From Mobula hypostoma (Eukaryota): a DNA stretch of 64,000 bases. Shown here one piece after another: positions 38,325 through 50,537 of this stretch (position 1 is the first letter of the stretch; each line of letters starts with the position of its first letter). The notes beneath the pieces were generated by a model that did not search any database, had not been told where the DNA came from, and saw only the letters and a list, made by a program, of their open reading frames with translations. A program made the translations under genes and the position numbers. The stretch covers positions 114,330,001 through 114,394,000 of the forward strand of contig NC_086107.1 of NCBI RefSeq assembly GCF_963921235.1. The letters are read 5' to 3'.

Positions 38325-39324
38325 AGAGAGAGAGAGAGAGAGAGAAATCATGCACGCATGCACACTCACACACACACAGACACACACTCTCTCTCACACA
38401 CACACACTTATACACACACACACACTAACACACACACACACTCACACACACATACACACACAGACACACACACACTTATACACACATTCACACACACACT
38501 AACACACACACACACTCACACACACCCACTCACACACACATACACACACAGACACACACACACTTATACACACACACCAACACACACACACTCACACTCA
38601 TACACAGTCTCTCACACACTCACACACACACTCACACTCACACGCACACACTCACACTGATACACACAGTCTCTCTCACACACTCACACACACACTCACA
38701 CGCACACACTAACACACACACACACACTCACACTGACACACACTGTCTCTCTCTCACACACACACTCACACGCACACACTAACACACACACACTCACACT
38801 AACACACACACACACTCACACTGACACACACTGTCTCTCTCTCACACACACACTCACACACACACTCTCTCACACACACACACTCACACACTCACACGCA
38901 CACACTAACACACACACACTCACACTAACACACACACACTCACACTGACACACACTGTCTCTCTCACACACACACACTCACACTGACACACACTCTCTCT
39001 CTCACACACACACTCACACACACACTCTCTCACACACACTCACTCACACACACACACTCACACGCACACACTAACACACACACACACTGACACACACTGT
39101 CTCTCACACACACACACTCTCTCACACACACACACTAACACACACACACACACACACCCACTCACACTCACACTGACACACACTGTCTCTCTCTCACACA
39201 CACACTCACACACACACTCTCTCACACACACTCACACACACACACTCACACGCACACACTAACACACACACACTCACACTGACACACACACACACTCACA
39301 CTGACACACACTGTCTCTCTCACA

Positions 39325-39364
<40 letters not shown>

Positions 39365-39408
39365 CACACACACACACACTCACACACACACACACCCACT
39401 CACACACA
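38325..39408. repeat. Compound (CA)n/(CT)n microsatellite, about 1.1 kb
   Basis: Imperfect CA repeats with recurring ctga/ctaa/ctct interruptions. Confidence 0.95.
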
Positions 39409-40316
39409 TCGTGCAGACAGTAAAAGCAAGCAACAACATTCCGAACGGAATCGAGCCCGTAGACCTGGAGCCCAAAGCGGCGGGAGTAGGTCCACCACCT
39501 CAGCCTGAGCTCAGCACGAGGTTGTGAAGCTCACAGAGACGAAACCCGGGGCGGTCTCACAGCCTCAGCGCCGCTGGGGGGTGCAGCAGAATCGGCCCGA
39601 CCACCGCCTCCGGTCTCAACACCCTGCCTTTTCAGTCTATCTGGGCCGGCGTTTAAATGGTCCAGACACTGGGTTGTTCAAGGATTGTAGTGGGGCAGCC
39701 CGCAATTGTCGCCATGCTTTGGGCGCCAACATAGCATGGCCACAACTCGCTAACCCTAGCGCGTACACCTTTGGAATGTGCGAGGACGCCAGGGCTCCTA
39801 GAAACCACGAGGTGAAGGGGAGAAGGTAGAGACAGCGGCAGAAATTAAATGGTGATTTGTGATCAATGGTGCCATTAAGCGATCTTGCCAACCGCTATGC
39901 TACCATGATGCACTTGGAGTATTGGATGCAGTTTTGGTCACCCTGCGGTGGAAAAGCTGTTATTGGGCTGGAAAGTGTACGGAAAAGGTTTACCAGAATG
40001 CTTTCTGGATACTGCAGGCTGCATTGCAGGAATCACGTACTGGGACGTCCTGAAAGCATATACACCAGCCTCCAAGAAGACCACAACCTCATTGTAGGGT
40101 TCGGAGGCTTGTGTGCCTCAAAGACCCAGAGAGCTCTGTCGGCTGGAGTCAGGGCTTTATGCTTTGGCTCTTGGTGGGGTCACCCATGCCAGACAGGTCA
40201 AAGGGTAGAGGCCAGACTAAGAGTGGTCCACTCGTCCTCCTGGTTCGGGGGTTCAGCTCGGGGATAACAACCCTGACCAGTCAAACAAAACTGTTACTGA
40301 AACAGCAATGAAGAAT

Positions 40317-41907
40317 CATAGAAACATAGAAACATAGAAAATAGGTGCAGGAGTAGGCCATTCGGCCCTTCGAGCCTGCACCGCCATTTATTATGATCAT
40401 GGCTGATCCTCCAACTCAGAACCCCGCCCCAGCCTTCCCTCCATACCCCCTGACCCCTGTAGCCACAAGGGCCATATCTAACTCCCTCTTAAGTATAGCC
40501 AATGAACTGGCCTCAACTGTTTCCTGTGGCAGAGAATTCCACAGATTCACCACTCTCTGTGTGACGAAGTTTTTCCTCATCTCGGTCCTAAAAGGCTTCC
40601 CCTCTATCCTCAAACTGTGACCCCTCGTTCTAGACCTCCCCAACATCAGGAACAATCTTCCTGCATCTAGCCTGTCCAATCCCTTTAGGATCTTATACGT
40701 TTCAATCAGATCCCCCCTCAATCTTCTAAATTCCAACGAGTACAAGCCCAGTTCATCCAGTCTTTCTTCATATGAAAGTCCTGCCATCCCAGGAATCAAT
40801 CTGGTGAACCTTCTTTGTACTCCCTCTATGGCAAGGATGTCTGTCCTCAGATTAGGGGACCAAAACTGCACACAATACTCCAGGTGTGGTCTCACCAAGG
40901 CCTTCTACAACTGCAGTAGTACCTCCCTGCTCCTGTACTCGAATCCTCTCGCTATAAATGCCAGCATACCATTCGCCTTTTTCACCGCCTGCTGTACCTG
41001 CATGCCCACTTTCAATGACTGGTGTATAATGACACCCAGGTCTCGTTGCACCTCCCCTTTTCCTAATCGGCCACCATTCAGATAATAATCTGTTTTCCTA
41101 TTTTTGCCACCAAAGTGGATAACTTCACGTTTATCCACATTAAATTGCATCTGCCATGAATTTGCCCACTCACCCAACCTATCCAAGTCACCCTGCATCC
41201 TCTTAGCATCCTCCTCACTGCTAACACTGCCACCCAGCTTCGTGTCATCCGCAAACTTGGAGATGCTGCATTTAATTCCCTCATCCAAGTCATTAATATA
41301 TATTGTAAACAACTGGGGTCCCAGCACTGAGCCTTGCGGTACCCCACTAGTCACCGCCTGCCATTCTGAAAAGGTCCTGTTTATTCCCACTCTTTGCTTC
41401 CTGTCTGCTAACCAATTCTCCACCCACACCAATACCTTACCCCCAATACCATGTGCTTTAAGTTTGCACACTAATCTCCTGTGTGGGACCTTGTCAAAAG
41501 CCTTTTGAAAATCCAAATATACCACGTCCACTGATTCTCCCCTATCCACTCTACTAGTTACATCCTCAAAAAATTCTATGAGATTCATCAGACATGATTT
41601 TCCTTTCACAAATCCATGCTGACTTTGTCCGATCATTTCACCGCTTTCCAAATGTGCTGTTATCACATCCTTGATAACTGACTCCAGCAGTTTCCCCACC
41701 ACCGATGTTAGGCTAACCGGTCTATAATTCCCCGGTTTCTCTCTCCCTCCTTTTTTAAAAAGTGGAGTTACATTAGCCACCCTCCAATCCTCAGGAACTA
41801 GTCCAGAATCTAACGAGTTTTGAAAAATTATCACTAATGCATCCACTATTTCTTGGGCTACTTCCTTAAGCACTCTAGGATGCAGACCATCTGGCCCTGG
41901 GGATTTA
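40317..41907 (-). mobile_element. Young 5'-truncated CR1 LINE (RT, one in-frame stop near 40905)
   Basis: ORFs 40905..41873 and 40416..40898 nearly identical to the intact copy; (CATAGAAA)n tail. Confidence 0.95.
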
Positions 41908-42831
41908 GGACCTTCATTGCTGCCTGAAACACCAGCATGTAACGGGCAGCTAAATCAAAATCAGAATCAGGTTTAAAATCATCAGCATAGGCCATGAAAT
42001 TTGTTAACTTTACGGCGGCAGTACATTGCAATACATGATAATAGAGAGAAACAAAAAAAAACTGAATTACAGTAAATATATATAGTATATATTAAATAGT
42101 TAAACTAAATAAGTAGTGCAAAAATAGAAATAAAAAATTAGTAGTGTTCACGGGTTCAATGTCCATTCAGGAATCGGATGGCAGAGGGGAAGAGGCTGTT
42201 CTAGAACGGAGTGTGTGTCTTCGGGCTTCCGTACCTCCTTCCTGATGGTCGCAATGGGAGTAAGGCCTAACCTGGGTGGTGGTGGTCCTTAATGATGGAT
42301 GTCGCCCCTTTGAGGCATCGCTCCTTGAAGCAATCCTATATACTGCGGAGATTACCATCAGCCTCAAGGACAGCTTCCACCCTCCTGCTAAACTTCTAAC
42401 CTGGGCCCTCTGCTCCCAGTGGATCATCGGCCATCAATTACCTCCTGTCTCCGTCGTCCTCTGAAGCTGATGGTATGGTTGGAGTTCATCAATGTTTCTG
42501 TGATCCGTTGTATATCCCCTGTACAGGGGATTGGCTTGTACAGATTCACCAGAGCCCTGTTGTCTGGACTTAACCGTTTCCACACTCCGGACAGGGACGT
42601 AGGGCCAGACTCCATCGTTACTAGTCTGAACTGTCCCCCAATAGACTCTTGCCCTCACAATCTACCTCGTCGTGGCCTTTGCACCTTATTGTCAGCCTGC
42701 ACTGCCCTTTCTCTGGAACTGTAACACTCTATTCTGTGTTCTGTTATTGTTTTACCTGGTACTCTCTCAATGCACTGAGTAATGAATTGAAGCGTATAAG
42801 TGGTATACAAGACTAGTGACCAATTTAGTTT

Positions 42832-43814
42832 TGTCACAAACCCCGTGATGGGAATAAAGAACCAGCAGAGATGGAAAACACTTTGGAGTCCAGTATTGCT
42901 ATAAACTAATAATATTTATTAGTAACTACAATACAGCAATACAGCAATATAAATGTAGATAAATCAAACAGGTTAGCAATGATTATATATATATATAAGT
43001 AAGTATATCAGAAGTGTGGAAATATATGTATGAAAAACCAAGCTTCTTTAAGTCTAGGGGTGAAAAGATGGTCTTACGATGATGAGTAAAGTTCAGTTTA
43101 GTTCATGGTATTTGGTTGAGTAGTGATGGAGAGAGAGAGAGGGAGTGATTTGAGTCTTCAGGTGAACTGATGCCGTCAATCTCCTCGTTGTCCTTCCGAA
43201 ATCCTTTCAAAGTCACCGACTGTGACTTTAACAAGGGGACCAGTTTTCTGTGGTGGAGCTATTCCCCCAGGCGAGGGTGGACACATGGACAACTCCTCAC
43301 CAGTCACCCCTTTCCTCTTTCCATTGCAAGAGCGACTGATCAATCTGCCTGATCAATCCTCCAAAACCCACTTTTTCTGCGGGCACAACAATGCTCATTC
43401 AGTGTCCAAAACATGTGTCTGAGGTCTATCATCTGACCTCCTACTTTATCTTCTCGTGCTGAGCATCAACTGTCACTCAAATAACTCCTCCTTCCTCTCT
43501 CTGTGAAGAAATGCAAGCAGGCAAAAGTCCTTGAGAAGTGTCAACAACCCGCCGAAAATCATAACATTGAGTGTCCATTAAATAACGCCGCCTTCGGTCA
43601 CCATAGAAACTTACGATCTGCTCGGTGCCATCTCCAACTCCAACTCAGCAGGAATCCAAAAGTTACTTCCAGTGCCTTAAAGTGATAGTCCAACAGTTAG
43701 TCTTCATCTCTCTCTCTCTTTTCAAAACAACATGTCGGTGTTAAATAACTCTCTCTCTCTCTCTCTCTCTTTTCAAAAGCACAGTTCATAGGGGTAATTC
43801 AGGACCCCGTCACA
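42832..43814 (-). mobile_element. Probable solo LTR (Gypsy-type)
   Basis: TG...CA termini (TGTCAC / GTCACA), 4-bp GTTT target-site duplication at 42828-42831 and 43815-43818; AATAAA on the minus strand near 42915; strand inferred. Confidence 0.7.
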
Positions 43815-44385
43815 GTTTATTCCCTGGAATGTAGGAGATTGAGGGGGCAGGTGACCTGACAGAGGTATATAAGATCACGAGGCATAGACAAGGTAAAAGT
43901 ACATAGTCTTTTTTCTCCCAGGGAGGGGGCTGCTTTAAAACAAGAGGGAACAGGTTTAAACTCAGAGGTGAGAGACACCAGGAGCATCTTCTTCACAGAG
44001 GGGGTGAAACGAGCGGCCAGAAATACTGGTTGAGGCGGCCACACTAGCAACATTTAAAAACCATGTCCTGCCCTGTAGATCAGCAGATGGACAAGGAGAG
44101 GAGAGGAGATGGGGAGGTGGGACCAGCTCACTGGGCAACATGGCCAGCGTGAACAAGTTGGGCAACGGTCTGTATCTGTGCCATATGTCTCCAGGGTATA
44201 TTGTGCCCAACACTTCCCATAGTAAGACCATAAGATACAGAAGCAAAATTAGGCCATTTGGCCCATCGAGTCTGCTCTGCCATTTCATCATGGCTGATCC
44301 ATTTCCCTCTCAGCCCCAATCTCCTGCCTTCTGCCCATATCCCTTTGTGCCCTGACTAATCAAGAACCTATCAACCTCTGCCTTA

Positions 44386-45714
44386 TGTGATACCCTGCAT
44401 TAAGACCATGCTTTATTTTATTAATACAGATATGTTGTTTTCTCAAAATGCAACAAGCATTCCTTTAATTATATTATACAATTGAATACTTAAAATAAAA
44501 AAAATCAGTTGATTGATAAGTTAAGGTTGTTGAATTAGCCAATGGGATTTGTCTTGGGAACATTCTAGAGAAAATGTTGAAAAAGAGCAGGTTACCATTT
44601 TGTGGAGAGTGCATTGAAAAAGAGCAGGACAGCCATTTTGTGGAGAGAGTGTAGGAAAAGAGCAGGACGGCCATTTTGAAGAAGCAGAAAGAAGGAAAAT
44701 AGAAACAGACGATGAACTTTGCAGAAGAACATAGTGAAACACTCACAGAACCCATCTGAAAGGACAGATAACACACATCAAAGTTGCTGGTGAACGCAGA
44801 ACGGCCAGGCAGCATCTCTAGGAAGAGGTGCAGTCGACGTTTCAGGCCGAGACCCCTCGTCAGGACTAACTGAAGGAAGAGTTAGTAAGAGATTTGAAAG
44901 TGGGAGGGGAGGGGGAGATCCAAAATGATAGGAGAAGACAGGAGGGGGAGGGATGGAGCCAAGAGCTGGACAGGTGATCGGCAAAAGGGATACAAGAGGA
45001 TCATGGGACAGGAGATCCGGGAAGAAAGACAAGGGGTGGGGGGGACCCAGAGGATGGGCAAGGAGTATAGTCAGAGGGACAGAGGGAGAAAAAGGAGAGA
45101 GAGAGAAAGAATGTGTGCATAAAAGTAAGCAACAGATGAGGTATGAGGGGAGGGTGGGGCCTTAGCGGAAGTTAGAGAAGTCGATGTTCATGCCATCTCC
45201 CCCTCCCCCTCGTACCCCATCTTTTTTTTTCTCTTTGCTGCTCTTCTACTGCTCTTTTTCAGTACCGTGAGTAAATGGAGTGAAGCAAACTGGATTGATT
45301 ACTCAACAATGAGCTCCAACGATTATGTGCACATTATAGACTGATTATATACAAAATAAAGAAAAGGGCTACCCTTTAAATATATATAGGTCCTTTATTT
45401 TGTCATGTTATTTTATCTGTTATGGCTTAAAATACTTTGTCAATACAATTTCAATCAAAGTTTATACTGGTGTGAGTTAAATTATTATTTTCTGGCAAAT
45501 TTCCATGTGTGTTAGAGTTTGTACAGTAATTGCCTCGGATTTCCTTTAGAAGGAACATTAAAACTTTATGTTTATGTTTACCCAAATCATATTTTCCCTG
45601 GACATATCTATTTATTGGAAATCACTACTCCCATGAATTGTTGAGTTATGTTGCTGTTAGCTTTTATTCACAGTAACAGCTAACTCATTACAAGCAAGCG
45701 GTGAGAGGGTTACA
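44386..45714. mobile_element. Probable solo LTR interrupting a CR1 3' end and itself interrupted by a Penelope fragment (about 44765-45195)
   Basis: Termini TGTGATACCCT...AGGGTTACA; imperfect CTTA/TTTA duplication; host CR1 ...ctctgcctta / aatac.c.caatg resumes. Confidence 0.6.
44831..44868 (-). ncRNA. Minimal type I hammerhead ribozyme-like motif in a Penelope terminal repeat
   Basis: Minus strand TAGTC-CTGACGA-GGGGTCTCGGCCT-GAAAC-GTC-GACTG: stem I, CUGANGA and GAAA core boxes, stem II, GUC cleavage triplet. Confidence 0.65.
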
Positions 45715-45994
45715 TTTAAATACGCACAATGGCTTAGTCATAGTCATAGTCAGTCATAGTCATAGTCATACTTTATTGATCCTGTGGGAAATTGGTTTTC
45801 GTTACAGTTGCACCATAAATAATAAATAGTAATAGAACCATAAACAGTTAAATAGTTAAATTGGCCTGTGGCAATGAATTCCACAGATTCTCCACTTTCT
45901 GCCTGAAGAAATTGCTCCTCATTTCCATTCTTGGTGGAGAGTAGAGAGAGTCTGGAATGTAGTGCCAGAGGTGGTGGTGGAAGCAGATATGCCC

Positions 45995-46190
45995 ATACTA
46001 CGTATACATCTACACTACGCCGGATAATTTTGAAAACGCCGGTTTCGAGTAAAAACGTCCACACTAAGTGTTTTTAAAAGTGTCTCTGTCCACATTAGAC
46101 GGATATTTGGGCGAATCTCCGCATACCGGGCATGCGCAGGACACACAGAAAACAAGCGAAGAGGAAACTATATACTTACTCTTAGCACAT
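45995..46190. mobile_element. Possible end fragment of a non-autonomous DNA transposon (Harbinger-like)
   Basis: Repeated (g)tccacact subterminal motifs and gcatgcgca; the other end was not found. Confidence 0.35.
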
Positions 46191-46494
46191 GGATGTAGGA
46201 GATATGTGAGGTTCAGAGACAGAATCAGGTTTATTATCACCGGCATGTGACGTGAAATTTGTTAACTTAGCAGCAGCAGTTCAATACAATGCATAATATA
46301 GAAGAAAAAAATAAAATAAAATAATAATAAATAAACAAATAAATAAATTACAGTATACGTATATTGAATAGATTACAAATTGTGCTAAAAACAGAAATAA
46401 TATATATTAAAATAGTGAGGCAGTGTCCAAGGATTCAATGACCATGTAGGGATCAGATGGCAGAGGGAAAGAAGCTGTTCTTGAATTGCTGAGT

Positions 46495-47490
46495 GTGTGC
46501 CTGTCAGAATGCTCTCCATGGTACATCTATAGAAGCTTTTGAGTGTATTTGTTGACACACCAAATCTCTTCAAACTCCTAATGAAGTTTAGCTGCTCTCT
46601 TCTTTATAACTGCATCGATATGTTGGGACCAGGTTAGGTCCTCAGAGATCTTGACGCCCAGAAACTTGAAACTGCTCACTCTCTCCACTTCTGATCCCTC
46701 TATGAGGATTGGTATGTGTTCCTTCGTCTTACCCTTCCTGAAGTCCACAATCAGCTCTTTCGCCTTACTGATGTTGAGTGCCAGGTTGTTGCTGTGGCAC
46801 CACTCCACTAGTTGGTATATCTCACGCCCCCTCGTCACCACCTGAGATTCTAAAATTTACAGATGGTATTTGAGCTGTGCCTAGCCACACAGTCATGTGT
46901 ATATAGAGAGTAGAGCAGTGAGATAAGCACACACCCCTGAGGTGCACCAGTGTTGATCGTCAGTGAGGAGAAGATATTGTCACCAATCCGCACAGGTTCT
47001 GGTCTTCCAGTTCGGAAATTGAGGATCCATTTGCAGAGGGATGTACAGAGGCCCAGGTTCTGCAACTGCTCAATCAGGATTGTGGGAATGATGGTATTAA
47101 ATCTGAGCTACAGTCGATGAACAGCATTCTGACATAGGTGTTTGCGTTGTCCAGGTGGTCTAAAGCCATGTGGAGAGCCACTGAGATTGCATCTGCCATT
47201 GACCTACTGTGGTGATAGGCAAATTGCAATGGGTCCAGGTCCTGGCTGAGGCAGGAGTTCAGTCTAGTCATGACCAACCTCTCAAAGCATTTCATCACTG
47301 TCAATGGTGAGTGCTACCGGGCGATAGTCATTAAGGCAGCTCCCATTATTCTTCTTAGACACTGGTGTAATTGTTGCCTTTTTGAAGCAAGTGGGAACTT
47401 CCACCTGTAGCAGTGAGATGTTGAAAATGTCCTTGAGTACTCCAGCCAGATTTTCAGAGCCTTACCAGGTAGTCCATCAGGACCTTCTGC
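46495..47490 (-). mobile_element. Degenerate Rex1/Babar-like RT fragment
   Basis: MKCFERLV...[49 protein letters not shown]...FKFLG. Confidence 0.85.
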
Positions 47491-48818
47491 TGGCATATGT
47501 AATGAAATGTGTTGTCTTTGCAGCAGCAGGACAACGCAATATATAATAATAATGTATTACGTATTATGTGTAACATATAAAAATATTTTTCTATACATAA
47601 AATAGTTAAATTAAATAAAAAACAAAAATAGAAATAAAAAAGTAGTGAGGTAGTGTTCATGGGTTCAATGACCATTCAGAAATCAGAGGGCAGAGGGAAA
47701 GAATCGCTGAGTGTGTGCCTTCAGGCTTCTGTACCTCCTTCCTGATGGTAGCCATGACAACAATACGTGACCTTAGGAGATGATGGATGGAGCCAGGAAC
47801 TTGAAGTTGCTCATTCTTTCCACTTCTGATCCCTCATTTTAGAAGCACTGCTCCTTGAAAATATCCTGGACACTGTGGAGGCTAGTACCCATGATGGAGC
47901 TGACTGAGTTTACAACTCTCTGCAGCTTATTTTGATCCTCTGCAGTAGCCCCCTCCCTCCCTCCAATACCGGACGGTGATGCAGCCAGTTAGAATGCTCT
48001 TCATGGCACATCCGTAGAAATTTACAAGTGTTTTAGTGACAAACCAAATCTCCTCAAACTCCAAATGAAATATAACTGCTGTTGTGCCTTCTTTGTAGCT
48101 GCATCAATATGTTTTGTCCAGGATAGACTGTCAGAGAAGTTGATAGCCTGGAAGTTGGAATTGCTCATCTTTTCTGTTTCTGGTCTCTCCACGAGGACTA
48201 CCCAGAGTAGCTGGAAAGAGTTTTTGAAAGTGAGTGGTTGGTGCGTGGAATGCACTGCCTGAGTCAGTGGTGGAGGCAGATACACTGATGAAGTTTAAGA
48301 GACTACTAGACAGGTATATGGAGGAATTTAAGGTAGAGGGTTATATTGGAGGCAGGGTTTAAGGGTCCGCACAACATTGTGGGCTGAAGGGCCTGTACTG
48401 TGCTGTACTATTCTATGTTCTATGTTCTCTGTAAAGTGAGTCGGTAGGTCATGGAATCAATTCAGATTCGTGGAAAGTGAAGTTTTCCACGTTGGTTCAG
48501 GAGCCTAATGGTATGATAACTCTAATAACAGACCCTAACTGTTCCTCAGCCTGGTAGCGTGGAACTGGAAGCTTCTGTACCTCCCTTCCAATGGTACTAG
48601 AGAGACGAGGGCCTGCTACGTTCACCAGCAACTTTGATGTGTGTTGCTTGAATTTCCAGCATCTGCAGAATTCCTGTTGTTTGAGGGCCTGATTTGGTTG
48701 GGGTGATTGCTGTGTATTTAATATTTCAGTAATATTTGAGTACTGTTGTAAATATATTGTTTGATCAAGCATTCTTGTTCATTTAAACAATTAATTATGG
48801 GTTATATGTATAAATAAC

Positions 48819-49020
48819 CGGCCGGCGTTGTAGTGGCTTCCGCACCAGACTTTGAGGTGAGCGGTCGCAGGTTCGAGTCCGGCCGGCTCCTTGCACGCTT
48901 TCCACCCGTGCTGGGTTGAGCATCGAGCTGGCAACTCGGCCTCGTAAAGAACAGACAAATGCCAAAATACGGCAAGGTTGCCTCCCTGTGTGTGGAGAGG
49001 AACAACAACAAACGTAGAAA
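48819..49020 (+). mobile_element. tRNA-derived SINE; related heads at about 30963 (+) and 51165-51300 (-)
   Basis: A box gttgtagtgg, B box ggttcgagtcc, (AAC)n tail. Confidence 0.6.
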
Positions 49021-50245
49021 TAAGTGAATTGGATACGTCATCACACTACCACGTGATAATGTGCGCCTGGCTTAAAGCAAACATGAAATTAGGCTCACAT
49101 ATCAGACTCCCGTGTCTTCAGGTCAAGATAATTGTGAGTTAACTATATACATGTATTTAGACAATATTTCCTCAAACCAGGGTGTGAAGCACAGAGGCAG
49201 ATATAACACACGATAACTTATGAAGGTAAGGATAAAATCTACAGATGAATCACACATAAATAACAAACTAAAGTGCATTAATGTTAAATATTGTAAGGTG
49301 TGAAACAGATCAACCGGCAACACTTCGAATATGATGTGACAGGGAGTTCAGAAGCCTAATGCCCTGGAGGAAGAAACTGCTTCTCATCCTGATCCTCATT
49401 TCTTTTGGGCAACCTAGTCTCCCGCCTGATGGTAGAAAGTCAAAGACGATACTGGATGGATGGGTGGGATCCTGATGGGTGCAGAAACCTGATTGGATGA
49501 GGACTAACCAATCAGGAGGGACTGGCTCTGGGGGTATAAATACCACCGGACTAGACATGCCCAGGCATCATCCCTGAAGAAGATGGCAGAGTCTTAACGT
49601 CAGTCAAAATCAACACATGGATCTGGCTGGAAGCTCCAGAAGAGTTTATGCATCATATGCATTGGGAAAGCACTAGATGCTTTTTTATATATAATTAATT
49701 TGTAATAAAATCTCCAATACTAAAAATCAGGCAATGGAGTGGGCTTAAAATGGATAGACCATCAGGGAGGAGGTACAGAACCCTGAAGACCCACACTCTA
49801 CATTTTAGGAACAGCTTCTTTCCCTCCCCCATCAGATTTCATGAACCCAAAAGCTCAAAGTACATTTATTATCAAAGTATGTATACATTATACAACCTTG
49901 AGATTCGTCCCCTTACAGGCAGCCACAAAACAAAGAGACCCAAAAGAACCCATAAAAGAAAAAAAAAACACCGTTAAACACCCGATGTGCAGAGAGAAAA
50001 AAAAAACATCATGTAAATTATAAAAGTAAGCAAATAGGATTCAGAACAAAAGTTAGTCCTCAGATACGAAGCCTGCAGCAGGCCGCAGCCTCAGCCTCAG
50101 TTCAGTGCCGAGCCGAGCAGGCACAGCAGAGCAGTGGGCATAACCAGTCTGACCCTTGCCTCTTGTCCCAACATGCTGCCTTTTCAATCCATGAAGACCA
50201 CCTCGTTGCTTTGCTCTTCCCCGGCACTTTTTTATCTATGTTTTA

Positions 50246-50537
50246 CGAGGGTGATTGATAAGTTCGTGTCCTAAGGTAGAAGGAGATGAAGTTATTAACT
50301 TCAAACTTTCTGCATAATCACTCAAAGAGTTGAACTGCACGTGCTGTAACGAGAGCGTCTTGGACCTCCAGGTGGTCCGTAGCAGGGGTGATTGATAAGT
50401 TCGTAGCCTGAGGTAGAAGGGGATGAGTTACACAGCTCTTGTTACACGCACGTGCAGTTCAACTCTTTGAGTGAAAGTTTGAAGTTAATAACTCATCTCC
50501 TTCTACATTAGGCCACAAACTTATCAATCACCCCTCG
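50246..50537. mobile_element. Tc1/mariner-type MITE
   Basis: TA target-site duplication (50244-45, 50538-39); about 110-bp imperfect TIRs starting CGAGGGG(G)TGATTGATAAGTT. Confidence 0.88.

Noticed and set aside
38319..38660. His/Thr-rich ORF
   Set aside because: (CA)n microsatellite translation
48819..48890. Possible tRNA gene (also about 30963-31030 and 37630-37700)
   Set aside because: A/B boxes are present but there is no convincing cloverleaf, and the sequence continues into SINE body
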